A DNA stretch of 64,000 bases, from assembly GCA_951406725.2 (NCBI GenBank), contig OX597830.1, forward strand, positions 47,492,001 through 47,556,000. Reading direction: 5' to 3'. Each line of letters begins with the position of its first letter. Within the stretch, counting starts at the first letter, position 1. Positions 25,826 through 40,198 of the stretch are shown here, in pieces. The DNA comes from Octopus vulgaris. Taxonomy: Eukaryota. The notes under the pieces are model-generated. The model had not been told where the DNA came from and did no database searches. It was given only the letters and a program-made list of their open reading frames with translations. Both the position numbers and the translations under genes were made by a program.

Positions 25826-26331
25826 CTGATCATGTTCCTGATCATGTTCCCGCCCCTTTCATCAGCATATCATCATCTCCACCCCACCTCCACCTTCTCC
25901 AGTTTCTCTTCAAGACGTGTCTTCTGGAGGATGTGGGGGTGGGTGGGGTGCAGTGCCAAGCAGGGCAGATTTTGCTTTTGTTCTTCGCCACACCTCTTCT
26001 CCCACCCGTACCCCACTCCACAATTAACACTCTCAAGAGCATCCTCCACCCACCCACTCTACTCCTACCACCACCGTCATCAATCACTACCAATCAATGT
26101 AATCACCACCCTCCCCCTCACTCCATCACCACCAGATCAACTGTTGCTGTCACTGCCACCACCACCATCACCACCATCACCACCATCACCACCACCACCA
26201 CCACTGCTATTGCTGCCACCGGCCCCCGTCTCCCCCCCCCCCCAAGGTCACACCTTTACATGTGAAGTTTCTGTTATGTCCAGATTTTTGAGTGCCAACA
26301 CAGGAAACGGTGTGGAACAATATAAGTGCAA

Positions 26332-26368
<37 letters not shown>

Positions 26369-26429
26369 TTTGCTTGTGTCGTTTCTTGTTTTTCTTGTTC
26401 CTCCACAAACACACACTCACACTCACGTA

Positions 26430-26545
26430 CACACGCACACACATATATATTAAGTAATGATATATTCACATATGCATATATGTATACAAACACACACATA
26501 TAGTATACATATGTACGTGTACATATGTATATATATTATATACAC

Positions 26546-26605
<60 letters not shown>

Positions 26606-26696
26606 ACACATTTTTATAAGTTTGTATATATATATATATGTATGTATGTATGTATAATATATATATATATGTATATATGTATAATATGTATATATG

Positions 26697-26769
<73 letters not shown>

Positions 26770-26838
26770 ATATATGTGTGTGTGTATATATGTATATATA
26801 TATATATGTATATATATGTGTGTGTATATGTATATATT

Positions 26839-26900
<62 letters not shown>
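26430..26900. repeat. (TA)n/(TG)n low-complexity tract
   Basis: Seen directly. Confidence 0.9.
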
Positions 26901-26902
<2 letters not shown>

Positions 26903-27602
26903 GGTATGTGTGTGTGAGTGTGTATGTACTGTGTCAGTTTGCATGCATTCAAGTACATGCACGAGAGTATATATGTGTATACATTCGTATGTATGTGCAG
27001 CAGATGCACATTCACTGATGTATGTCCATGTGCAGGCTGAAAGAAAGAGTTAGTGCGAAGGGGAGAAAGAGAGAAGGAATCAGACAGACAGACAGACAGA
27101 CAGACAGTCATCAAAAACAGGGAAATATGAATAAACAGTAAAAGTGAAGTCGCAGACAGCTCTGGTCAAAGCAAGAAAAGAAAAAAAACAAGCAAAAAAA
27201 AAAAAACAAAAGACAAAAAAAAAAACCAAAAAAAAAAAGCCCTTCCATCATTTCACTGGAATTTCAAACCTGGGCTTTTGCTTCATTCACAAGAAACCGA
27301 AGGAATCCTGAAGGAAACACAAATGAAAGTAAGGATTTTCTTTCCAATGTATTATTTTATTGTAGCAGATTTTGTTGTTGAAAATTGGAATAATACGTTT
27401 CCAAATCTCTCACAGAGATTTATGCAGTGGCAGCACGATAAAGTGATAAGATGTTCTCAACCTAATGTGACCGTCCCATGGAAGGGACAGTCACATTAAG
27501 TTGACAACATACTCTTAGAATTTTTGATGCTGGGTTTTAGTATGAAATTTGGCTGCTATTTCTAGCAGTTCACCTTCTTCTTGAAACCAATTTTATTAAT
27601 AT

Positions 27603-27650
<48 letters not shown>

Positions 27651-28130
27651 TATAATACTGGAAACATGGGTGTTTCGTTCAACATCCTTAAACAACCCTT
27701 TTTCAAGGACCTTTTGAGCGGGATGGGCAATTCTACCAGAAGAAAATTCTAACTGGGTCCCACCTGCAAGGTCATGTGCTGTTTATCTTGATATTAGATC
27801 ACCATGTCGCGCACATATGGTTGTGATGCATGTGCCTGGTGTACCCTTATCAGACGGGTAGTCATGATGGGTATACTGGGCTTCGTATATTTTACCCCGG
27901 TGTCACTTTGATGGCATGCACTGCTCTCCCACTCAATAATAATCTTTTCTACTATAAGCACAAGGCCTGAAATTTTGGGGGAGGAGACTAGTCGATTACA
28001 TTGACCGCAATTTTTCACTGGTCCTTAATTTATCGACTCTTGAAAGGATGAAGGACAAAAATCAACTTCAGCAGAATTTGAACTCAGAACTGTTAAGCAT
28101 TTCGTCGAGTGTGCTAGCAATTCAGCCTTC

Positions 28131-28192
<62 letters not shown>

Positions 28193-28227
28193 TAATAATA
28201 ATAATAATAATGATAATTTTAATAATG

Positions 28228-28293
<66 letters not shown>

Positions 28294-30398
28294 GTAATAA
28301 TAATAATAACAATAATATTAATAATAATAATGACGACGATGATGATGATTTCAAATTTTGGCTGAAGGCCAGAAGTTATGAGGAAGGGATTAAGTTGATT
28401 ACATTGACCCCTATTGTTCAGTTGGTTCTTATTTTATTGACCCCACAAAAGAATGAAAAGCAAAGTTGACTTCTGTGGAATTGGAACTCAGAACGTAAAG
28501 ACAGACGAAATGCTGTTAAGCGTTTTGCCTGGCATGCAAGCGATTCTGCCAGATCGTTTTTAATAATGATAATAATAATAATAACAACAACAACAACAAC
28601 AATTATTATTATTGTTGTTGATATGACTCAGGTTCGTTCTTATTCCTGATAGAATTTATGTGGGTAGCAGGTTACTCCTTGTAACCTTAGGTATCCACAA
28701 GTTTTCAATAGTTCTTCAAGTGTTTAAGACCCTCCTGATAATCTTTCCTGTCCCTAAGAGGCAAATTTTCTGTAGAACCTCTACAGGACATTCTATTCCA
28801 GTCCCCTTCAACTGTTTGTCTATTCCTTTGCCCACCCCAATGCACCAATTACTATAGTTTTCATATTCGAAATTCTTGCTATTTTCAAATTTTAAGGGAT
28901 TGTATTTTTCTTCTTTTTCGAATTCTTTCTTTGCAATTCCGGAATCAAACGGTCATTCATGGATCAATTAAAAAGCAACTTTGGTTTTCTTTATCTATTA
29001 TTGTTTTGTCTGGTTTATTATTTTCTACTTCCGTATCCGTTTGAATAGGAAAATCTCGCAAAATTTTGCATTTCTCCGAAACCAGAACTGTTCTGTCCCA
29101 GTGCTCATACCATCTACCTCCAGTTTCAAATCCCTATTTCTGACAAAGCTTCAAGTGCAAAGCGTTCACAATTTGGTCATGTCTTCATTTCTTATATTCT
29201 CGTTGGGCTAACTTGGGACATTCTGCAATAATGCATGTCACTGTCTCATTCCAGATTCCACACATTCTATATTTTTCTGACTGCCCCCCCCCCACGAATT
29301 TATTTTTATCACTTCATTTTGAGCTGCTATGATAAGGCTCTCCCTTTCATTTTTTAATTGCTCCTTTTTTTTAACCAAGTCTAAGATTTTGTTCCACATA
29401 CGTTCTCAGTGGCTTTCCAAAACTGACAACTCAAAGATTTCTTTTCAATCTGTCTAACACGATCTCTTTGAATTTCATTCTTGTCCTTCTCTCCTATTGA
29501 TCATCTCTGCTTTATTCACCATCTTTAGCAATTTCTCTGCTGTTCTGTAAATATCTTAAAAGGCTTTTTCTTTCCATCTATACATATTCTTCCACAGCAA
29601 TCAAGCCTCTTCCTTTCTGCTCTCTCTTCAACTACAATCGGTGAGTATCAACCTTCGGATGCTGGTTTCATACATTGTCCACAGCTTTCTAGTTTTTCTG
29701 TCAAGTTTCTGAATGTCGTTTTTGGTCCAATCTACAATTCCCATTCCATGCTCTTGCATTTATGGCTTCAATAATACTTTTTGAATTCAGCTTTGGCTGC
29801 AATTATTCCCCCCCTCTCTCACTGCTGGCAATTTCTTTCATTTCTTCATGTCTTATTTCATCTTCTTCCATTATCCCCAAATACTTATACCACTGTCCTT
29901 TCTCAGCTACTTTCATCGTTTGCCCATTTTGCATTTCAATTCCCTGACTTCCTCCAAATCTCCCTTCTTTCATTTTCAATACCAGACTTTCAAACTGTTT
30001 CTCATTTTTCTCATAAAGCTTCACATCATCCATAAAAAGGAGATTTATCTAACCATATCCTTTTCCCGAACCATAGGCTATCTTAAATTTTCATAACATC
30101 AAATTGAGCTGTATCTTGGCCAATATGAATTGTAATGGAGATAAGCTATCACCACCTTGAAATACACCACGTCTGATGTTCATTTTACCAAGTCTTTGAT
30201 TTCTTCCAATCAATTCGGTATTTCAATGGTTCATACTTTCATTAAACATCTCCATATTTTCTGCCACTCCAAACATGCCCATTGTCTTACTTATCCAACT
30301 CTGCACTAGACGTCATAAGCTTTTTCCTAATCTAATCATGTTACATTCAATCCCGTCAATCTGCGTCTACAATTTCTAATTATCATTTTATCAATTAA

Positions 30399-30790
30399 CT
30401 AGCAGTAACGCCCGGCGTTGCTCGGGTTTGTTTCGACCCGCTGGAATTGGAATTTTTGAAAAGTAAAAATTTTGCATTATGTAGCTTGTTATTCTCTTCA
30501 AGTGAACATTTTTCTGGTTGAAATACAGCGTAAAGTGGCGACACAGCAGTGAAAAAATCGTAAAAAAATAGGGATTTTCATAGAAAAAAGCACCTTTTTG
30601 ATGTAAATAATTTTTGGTGTTAACATGGTCCGATTTGAATGTTATCTTCTACGGAAGGAAGAGCAACCCTTCTTCTATCATACTCTCAATTTTGGTCAAC
30701 TTGCGCCGCAGGGTCTCGGAGGAGATAGTGTTAGTTGAAGGTTACCAAACCTGGCGCACACAGACAACTTCAGCTTTATATAGAGAGAGA
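30399..30790 (-). mobile_element. Non-autonomous Helitron
   Basis: Plus strand A|CTAG-CAGTAACG-CCCGGCGTTGCTCGGG ... GA|T, i.e. minus-strand 5'-TC ... hairpin-CTAG-3' inserted in AT with no TSD. Confidence 0.75.
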
Positions 30791-32606
30791 TAACACACAC
30801 ACATTAATATACATACATACACACACATGTATGTACGTATGGATGTATGTATGTATATATGTACATGAACCCAGGACCATGTGTTTGGAACGTAGTTTGT
30901 TACCACACAGCCACACCTGCCCCTATGTATGTGTGTGTGTGTGTGTGCGTATGTGTGTATGGGTAGATATATTATGTATGTATATATGTGTATATATATG
31001 TGTACATATTACATGTACATCTATATATATATACATCTACACATAAAATACAACATACAAAGTTATATCTTGATATCGCTAGTGATAACAATACTCAAAA
31101 TATATAACAGACTGGAATTGTAGGCCCGTCTCTTGCAATTTCGATCAATTGGATCTTGTCCCACCTCTTGTATAGAAGTGTATAGCTGCAGCGAAATTCA
31201 TTTTTGGACTTTCTTCTATCGAAGGCATTTTAACAAAAATGCTTCCGTAAAGACGGTGAAAATATTGTCAATTTTCCCAAACAGGGACACAATTCAATTT
31301 TTAAACAATAACCAAAGCCCCTTCTCTGAAAGGGGGAGGGTTACGGTTTACAATTATTTAACAAATGCAACACAACAACATTTCCCTCACGCGGAACCAA
31401 CAAACGTGATTACAATAGTCAAACAGTAATAATAATAACAACAAACCTTTTTAACTTATCCCCATTTATGTGAAACCACTTATTCAAGTTCAAGTCATTG
31501 ATGCAATTTTATGCGAATTGCTAATACACACACACACATAATAAGGGAATACTTTCACTTTAATAGTTTCACACTTGCAAAGAGAAAGTAGGAGAAAGTG
31601 TGGTGGTAATAGCAGGAGTAAACCACTTAAAATGTGAGAGGCAAATCGTGTAATATTGAGTTTTCTCGAATTTTTGCTTAATTGGCGGTCAAATTGAAAA
31701 AACTTGATATGCCATGATCCAATCGAATCTACTTGGAAAAATCGTAGGTAAATTCCAATTGAAGAAATTCTATATTGTAGAATTGTATTAAAAAGAAACA
31801 TGGGAACAGGCAGAGAAAATCTGCCTTTTATCATAAGAGATTAATGGATTTTGTTGTCCTACTTTGTTTCTTGCATCCTTTCTGTTCCCATGGAAGTAGA
31901 TTGTTACTTTCTAGATGGTGGTATAACTCTTCTGCCAAGACAACGGTCATAAGCTTTCATAGAAGCGGTAAACAGGTCATAGGTCAAACATTTGATATCA
32001 ATCTACCTTTCAAGGTGTCTTTGAGTCGTAACAACATTCATCTACTTGTCCTCCATTTAGGGATGTGCCCTTACTGCAGACATTCATCCAGTTGTGCAGT
32101 GATCCTTTCATGCAACAGTGTAAATTTCTTCATCCAACAGCCTTGTGCTCCATCTGGGTCAAGTCCTTTCCAATTTGCTATTTCTTTTTTGTAACTTCAG
32201 CCTCACTGATCAATTCCGACGTCCTTTTGTCTTGGCACACTTGCAAGATGTCGTCAGCATTCTCAGGCTTATAGTGATTTCCTTGTTTTTTCTTCACATT
32301 TTTCAACTTTCATTCCTTCGTTTCTGCTTCTGTTATATCACTCTCTTCCTGCCCTTTTTTTTATTCTTTAAATTTTGTCAACCTTTAATCCTGTAATCCA
32401 GTCATTCACATGAATTTTCCTTGCCAGTCTATCAATCGTCGGGTGGAAGCTTCAAAGACCCCTTTTTCACTCCATATCCTCTTCATTCGTTTCATGAAGC
32501 CCCCTTTTTATTCGGCCCACTTCTCAGCCAGCATTCAATTACAATTTTGTTCACTTCTTTTCCCCCATTTCATTTTTATCCTTTTTTTACTTTTGACTTT
32601 GATTCT

Positions 32607-33236
32607 GATTCTGATCAATGGCTTGACGATGACCTGCTGGAGCTTGATCCGACAGTCCTTGCCTCCCAGGCACAACACCTTCTCACTTATCAGTTTCTGT
32701 CCCGTTAGCACAGTTGTGATTATCATTTGGTTCAGAGGCAGCATATGTGAGATTGTGTAATGACCAGTGTTTTTAATGTGGTGCCATCACCAGGTAAGAT
32801 GCTGACCATGTCTCAGGATTCTGATCAATGGCTTGACGATGACCTGCTGGAGCTTGATCCGACAGTCCTTGCCTCCCAGGCACAACACCTTCTCACTTAT
32901 CAGTTTCTGTCCCGTTAGCACAGTTGTGATTATCATTTGATTCAGAGGCAGCATATGTGAGATTGTGTAATGACCAGTGTTTTTAATGTGGTGCCATCAC
33001 CAGGTAAGATGCTGACCATGTCTCAGGATTCTGATCAATGGCTTGACGATGACCTGCTGGAGCTTGATCCGACAGTCCTTGCCTCTCTGGCACAACACCT
33101 TCTCACTTATCAGTTTCTGTCCCGTTAGCACAGTTGTGATTATCATTTGATTCAGAGGCAGCATATATGAGATTGTGTAATGACCAGTGTTTTTAATGTG
33201 GTGCCAACACCAGGTAAGATGCTGACCATGTCTCAG
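32607..33236. repeat. Near-perfect 3 x 210-bp tandem triplication
   Basis: Units start at 32607, 32817 and 33027 (GATTCTGATCAATGG...CATGTCTCAG) with only a few substitutions. Confidence 0.93.
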
Positions 33237-34444
33237 AGAGTCCTCATCTATCCTCATAGACACCGTTTCCAGTTCCAGCCTCATTCATGCCATTGTTCAA
33301 TACATTTGTATTTGACATTCTCACTCATGAGGATCCTGGTGATGAGGTGACACAACCACTTGTGGTTTTATTGAGACACCATTCCTTGAGGAATTGTCGC
33401 CCATGGCTAAGGGGACACTCCCATGTGACAGACTGAATCCCACCGGTTACCAGTCTGGTATTTCAAGGTCTTATTGGGGTGGGGTACTACACCTTGTCCA
33501 ACAGTGACCTGAAGGTAGTTGTGGTTAAGGGTCATTCTTCCCACATCAAAATGTCACAACCAGATGAAGTTTCATGCCATACCCAGGGCATATTATCATT
33601 ATTATTATTAATATTATTTGCTTTTATTGTTACTGCCAGTGGTGGTGGTGGTGGTGGTGGTGGTGATGATGGTGGTGTTGGTGGTAGCACTGTTATAGAC
33701 TGTAGTGTTCTTTTTGGCGTTGTTATTGTCTTTCTTATTATTTTTGTTGTTCTGACTATTGTTGCTATTTCCTGGAGCCACAGCAGCTTTGTTGCAATTC
33801 TCACGCCTCAATCTTGTATCACGCCTGTATCATTGCTATCCAGTAGTCCCTTCCAACTCTATATATACCCAGGTCTTTTGCCACCTACTCGCACTCTTTA
33901 ATCGCACTCCCTTTGCAATATCCTGCCACTATTAAGGATTTGAACCTCAAGAGTATGCCCCCTAGCACTTGCCACCATCTTTATCTCTCTCTTCCTTTAC
34001 CAATTTATACCATCTCATTTATATTCTGATCCCCGTTCCTTGTGAGTATACCCAGCATTTTGCCACCATCTCTACCCAGCAGCCTCCCACACTCTCTCCT
34101 TTTCCTGCACTTCCCTCAGGTTGGACAACTGTGTATTTTCTTTGTGGTAGCACACCTGTTTCTATCTTCTTTCCTGATCTTTCTCTCTCCGGCCAGGTAA
34201 CCTTGTACTTCCTCTTCAGCAAGACACCTGTATCTGTCTCACTATAACCTTTTCATCATCACCTTCAATGTCGCCCCTGCTCTTAAATTGTTTTGTCTTA
34301 CCTGTACAATAAAGATAATTAATATCGTTTACACTGTTTGTGCCTTGTCATTGATTTTTAAAAATTATTTCTATTCAAGTAAAAACAGGAAAAAAAAACA
34401 ATAATAAGAACCACAAACAAAAAGAACAACAACTTTGAATCAAC

Positions 34445-34609
34445 ATGGATCTTCTTTACTGGATGAAAACCAACAATACCTGGCTAACACCTGATGATAT
34501 TTTCGCCCATAGTGCCAAAATTGTTCCGGTTATTGTTATAACTATTATCTCAATAGTACTTGGTACATTTGGAAACATTTTCACCATTCTGGCCATCATT
34601 TTCACAAAG
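34445..34609 (+). CDS. Class A GPCR (melatonin-receptor-like), coding exon 1: N-terminus and TM1
   Basis: MDLLYWMKTNNTW...IISIVLGTFGNIFTILAIIFTK with an N-glycosylation sequon (NNT) and the TM1 GN motif; donor AAG|GTAAT, phase 0. Confidence 0.85.
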
Positions 34610-34782
34610 GTAATCTTCACTAAATTCATTTTGCTTTTTTACAACCATTTATTGTAGAAAACTTTAACGTACAATTACTTTATTATTTAATCATAATGAT
34701 AATAGTGATTCATTTTATTTCATATTTTATATTATATAAAATGATGATAATAATAATGATAATAATAATAATAATAATAATA

Positions 34783-34814
<32 letters not shown>

Positions 34815-34904
34815 AATGATTTCCTGTATTTGCCTCCAGGGCGAAGGATGAGGGTACAAGGCAAAGACAGACATAAAGTGTTGGGGTTTACATTATTATT
34901 ATTA

Positions 34905-34939
<35 letters not shown>

Positions 34940-35134
34940 ATTGTTGTTGCTGTTGTCACTGCTGCTGCTGTTGCAGTTGTTCTCTTTGTCGTCACCCGAA
35001 AGTTTTGACGTTGCTTAGAGACGAAACATTTTTCGCCCCGGTAACGTCATTAAGTTTAGACCATTCCATGTTGATATTCTCATTTATTTCATCGTTCTCA
35101 AAATTTATCAAGGATCGCATTACTTTATCGAACA

Positions 35135-35437
35135 CTAGCAGTATCGCCCGGCTTTGCTCGGGTTTGTAAGGGAAATAACTATATAAGCATTTTTAGAGAG
35201 TTACTTCCCTTATATAATAGCAAAAAAATGCATTAAAAATGGGAAAAAATTATGGTAAATTTTTTTTTAAATCGTAGACTCATCATAGACGCGCGCTAAT
35301 ACCCAGAAGGGCTCGATATGAATGACGACTATAAGATACCCGCTTTTGGTTAAACTGCACCGCAAAATGTGGGAGTAGTTAGGAATCTAAATCGTAGGAG
35401 ACAGACACTCACACAACTTCACTTTTATATATAAAGA
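35135..35437 (-). mobile_element. Non-autonomous Helitron
   Basis: A|CTAGCAGTATCGCCCGGCTTTGCTCGGG ... TTTTATATATAAAGA|T, same termini as 30399. Confidence 0.75.
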
Positions 35438-35711
35438 TTATGATGGCTGCTTTATCAGACATCATTAAAAAATTGAAGAAAATTGCGAAATATTTGTTTT
35501 TGTCGAAAGCAGGTAAAATTCAAAAATTATTTATATGCAGCCTCTGCAAAACGGATTGTTTTTGCACAAAATTACGATCTGCACAATCCTGACAATTTCC
35601 GAAATGTAATGGTAACGACAGAAATGAAAAGACCTTAGAAGGTCGAAAAGATTACAAATACTTTTTCAACTTACGGAGCACCAAATTTCCGTGACTTCAC
35701 ACTATAGTGGC

Positions 35712-36139
<428 letters not shown>

Positions 36140-37350
36140 ATGCCCTGATGCAGTACCTATGCCCTGATGCAGTACCAATGCCCTGATGCAGTATAAATGC
36201 CCTGATGCAGTATAAATGCCATGATGCAGTACCAGGCAGCGGCTCTCATGGCTTCTGATCTTAACTGATTGGAAGTGTTATCATGTACATTGTTTTGTCT
36301 TGGTATAAAAGATGGGCTACAGCAAATATTCTGCTCAATACCACAGATTTGCTTGTCAGTTGTTTGACCTTAACCAGTTGAGCATGTCCCTTAGTGGCTG
36401 ACGATATGTGCATCTCTGATCACGAGCAGAAGTAGTGGGGGAGCATCATAGCCATGTGTTGAGAGGGATTCTTTGGGGTTTGAATAGTTCACCTCTGGAA
36501 ACATGGGTGGTTCTTTCAACATCCTTAAACAACCGTTATTCAGGGACCGTTTGAGCGGGATGGGCTACTCAACCTGAAGAAAATTCTAACTGGGCCCCAC
36601 CTGCAAGGTCATGTGCTGTTTATCTTGATATGAGATTACCATGTCGTGCACATATGGTTGTGATGCATGTGCCTGGTGTACCTTTATCAGACGGGTAGTC
36701 ATGATGGGTATATTGGGCTTCGTATATTTTACCAGTGTCACTTTGATGGCATGAACTGCTCTCTCACTCAATAGTAATAATAATAATAATACATGTCCTG
36801 ATGCAGTACCAGACAGTGGCTCTCATGGCTTCTGATCTTAACTGATTGGAAAGTGTTATCATGTACATTGTTTTGTCTTGGTATAAAAGATGGGCTACAG
36901 CAAATATTCTGCTCAATACCACAGATTTGCTTGTCAGTTGTTTGACCATAACCAGTTGAGCATGTCCCTTAGTGGCTGACAATATGTGCATCTCTGATCA
37001 CGAGCAGAAGTAGTGGGGGAACATCATAGCCATATGTTGAAAGGAATTCTTGGAGGTTTGAATAATTCACCTCTGGAAACATGGGTGTTTCGTTCAACAT
37101 CCTTAAACAACTCTTATTTAGGGACCTTTTGAGTGGGATGGGTTAGTCGACCAGAAGAAAATTCTAACTGGGCCCCACTTGCAAGGTCATGTGCTGTTTA
37201 TCTTGATATGAGATCACCATGTCGCGCACATATGGTTGTGATGCATGTGCCTGGTGTACCCTTATCAGACGGGTAGTCATGATGGGTATACTGGGCTTCG
37301 TATATTTTACCGCAGTGTCACTTTGATGGCATGCACTGCTCTCTCGCTCA
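36140..37350 (+). mobile_element. Two tandem copies of a ~560-bp (TAA)n-embedded retroposon (third, partial copy at 27658-27935)
   Basis: 36216-36770 and 36793-37350 are near-identical, both end in CTCTC(A/G)CTCAATA, and are flanked by (TAA)n. Confidence 0.85.
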
Positions 37351-37372
37351 ATAATAATAATAATAATAATAA

Positions 37373-37432
<60 letters not shown>

Positions 37433-37955
37433 TAATAATAATAATAATAATCATCATCGTTTCTGTATTAATCACATGGGCCCCTAATATATAAGATACA
37501 AAACATGATTTATTGTATTGTATTAAAACAGGTAACATATTTGAATAAAAAAGAAAAATCCTGCTACCCACCTATACTAAGATGAGAAGTAGTCCCCTTG
37601 AAAGGACCAGAGTGCTTCCAGGATTTCAATCATCTTCTACACCAACCATAAATCTGCAAATTAGAACTTTCAAAATTGTTTGTGAGTTTCAGGTTTTGCC
37701 AAACTGCAAAAAAGTCCCATTTTCTCTCGGGAGTGCTCCCTCAACATTCGGTGCTTTTGCAGATATTTGTCTCTTATCCACCCCACCTCGCTCTCAATGA
37801 GCACAGTGACATTTTCTTTCCTTTTAAGCTTATATAGCAATCTCATTGGGCTCTTCTTATCAACTGGGACTACCATGAAATGAATTCATTCTAGATTTAT
37901 TAAGCAACAATTAATGGATGATGTGGTACTCCCTTCAACTTCACATACTGAAATT

Positions 37956-38362
37956 CAGGGACTTGCCGCCGAGGTAGGCAAGGTAGGCAGTGCCTAATTT
38001 GAATAAAATAGATCGATAACAACTTTTTCCTTTTATGGCAAAATATGTACCTAATTTAATAAAATTATGAAGGTTATTCTCATTACTATGCATAAAATGG
38101 AAAATGTTTTATTTTTTTGTAGACCAGGTAGGCATAAGTCGCTCCTGCTTTTCAATCGCAGTGATTAAGCTACGCATAGAACTGCTGTAGTACACATGCT
38201 GCGTACATTCCTACAACACTGTTTTCTTTACGTGCTATAAAGGCAGAAATAAATCTGCCTTCAACTCAGTCGCGCGTCTGTGTTTCACTTATTTTTTGTG
38301 TGTTTTACTACATAAAGGTCACCAACAGCCTACCCTGAGTAATTACTGACGGCACATGCCTG
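37956..38362. mobile_element. hAT-type MITE with a perfect 8-bp TSD
   Basis: CTGAAATT|CAGGGACTTGCCGCC ... GACGGCACATGCCTG|CTGAAATT. Confidence 0.8.
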
Positions 38363-39363
38363 CTGAAATTGTCCTTGTTATTCACAATACAGTGCTGGCG
38401 AAATATCGTTGATTGATGTTAACTTTTATCTGTTGTCTACACTAGATGAACGCACAAGACGTTTACCGCAGTGCTAGTCGTTATAAACAACACATCCAAA
38501 TCAGGTTGGATATACTAATTAATGTTCGTTACAAAAGCTGCTTCTGTTGCTAACAGCAAATTTATACATGGTCTGCCAGCTTTTTGCGACGTCACTGGCT
38601 GTTCAGCCAATGCCAAATTAGATAGGTTTGGCTTATTTTAGGTCTGGCATTCAGTGTTTGGTTGATTATCGCTGACAATCTGTAACAGTGAAATCACGTG
38701 ATACAATAGAGCCATCTGCCGGTGCTGACGAAATACCATCGACCGATATTTTCTGTGCTTTGAAGCATTTGTCATCTACACAAAATGATTTCTTGGGACG
38801 TTTACCGCAGTCTTAGGCATTATAAACAACACATTCAAGTCAGCTTGAATGTACCAATTAATATTTGCTATTGAGGATGTTTCTCTCGTTAATTGTTAAC
38901 AGAGGTGTTACTTTCTTTCTTCTCCTTCCCTGAATATATTTATCTAGCAAAGGAGACCTTTATGTCCCCTCCATACTTTTCCCCTTTCCCTGAGATCACC
39001 TTTATCAACAAGCTCCTTATCACACCCAACTCCTGCAGAAAACAAAATCTTGCTATTACAGTAATTTCTAAAGTTCATCTTAAAATCTGTTTTCGTGATT
39101 GAATATCGTTAAAACCTCTGCTACCATCAATATAGCAAGGTACCCCTTTCTGTCACTTCTGGGAAAGGGTTCGGGTTTGTCTGCGTTTTATTTACAATCT
39201 TATAATAATATAATATAATGATATGATAGAATATTAAATGTCAATTCTGATTGAACTAGTACTTTCATGCATTAAACTATGCAATCTTCAGGTTCATGTA
39301 GTAGTGGTGACAGTTATGCTTTACAATTTATAATGTATCTGTATGTACACACACACACACACA

Positions 39364-39417
<54 letters not shown>

Positions 39418-39870
39418 CTCTCTCACACACACACGCAATAATAGTAATCCATGGCTGGAATTTATAAATATTTTAATGCATCGCTACGCGGCATTTAAGT
39501 ATTTTTAAATTCCATCTACGGATCACTATATTAATCCTACATTATATCGGCACAGCTATTGCAAGTTGGTATCATGTAGCCGACATAATAAAATAGGAAA
39601 TATATATCTCAAGTATTATCAGCCGAAATTGCGAAGATAACTTGGTGCTTGACTGAGGAAAGAAAACTTCGAATGACCCGTCCTTGTTTTCTTTGTATAT
39701 ATAATATGTATATATATACTTTAGGTATGGTAGACCAGTTCAGCAAAAATTTAGATTCCAATGAATATGGTACTTAAGTTGAGGCACCAGAATTTAGTAC
39801 GGTATTATCTATACAATTTCAAAATAAGGTGATTAAAATCAAAATAAGCAACAAGGATATTCATAGGTAA

Positions 39871-39957
39871 TGCAGTACGATCGTTTCATGCAACACCATT
39901 CAATTGAACAATGAAATCATTACATCAATTTAAAATGTAGAGCAATCTTCAACTGCA
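39871..39957 (-). ncRNA. Hammerhead ribozyme variant in a relative of the 19.5-20.3 kb element (about 39738-39990)
   Basis: Minus strand TGCAG-TTGAAGA-TTGC...GCAT-GAAA-CGATCG-TA-CTGCA; flanks homologous to 20165-20296. Confidence 0.7.
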
Positions 39958-40198
39958 CAAAGACATAGAATTTAATTAAATTAGAACAGATGGACACATT
40001 AGCAGAATTATAGCTAAAATCACCTTAACTTCTTATAGATTTTAGGTATAATTATATTAATGTGTCACCTTGATTTTATTTTTCATTAATATTGTTATAT
40101 CTTATTCGATTATTTATTGTTAAGATACGTATATTTCTATATTTATTTGTTAATTATTATATGTTAAGATACATATATTTATTTTATTATTATTTTAG

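Larger units (their letters stand above)
28620..33420 (-). mobile_element. Degenerate R4/Dong-like (restriction-like endonuclease) LINE, interrupted at 30399-31840
   Basis: Minus-strand remnants in the expected order: KGLDPDG (about 32160), RPMTCLPLL (about 31970), EQKGCKK (about 31880), LIDKMI..KAYD (about 30390-30310), MDDVKLY (30033), YRMCG..ETV..IIAECP..RHD (about 29270-29175); 3' end in TAA/CAA repeats. Confidence 0.75.

Noticed and set aside
25392-26503. Poly-His, poly-Ser and poly-Pro ORFs as real proteins
   Set aside because: Produced by trinucleotide microsatellites; no domain signal and no convincing splice structure.
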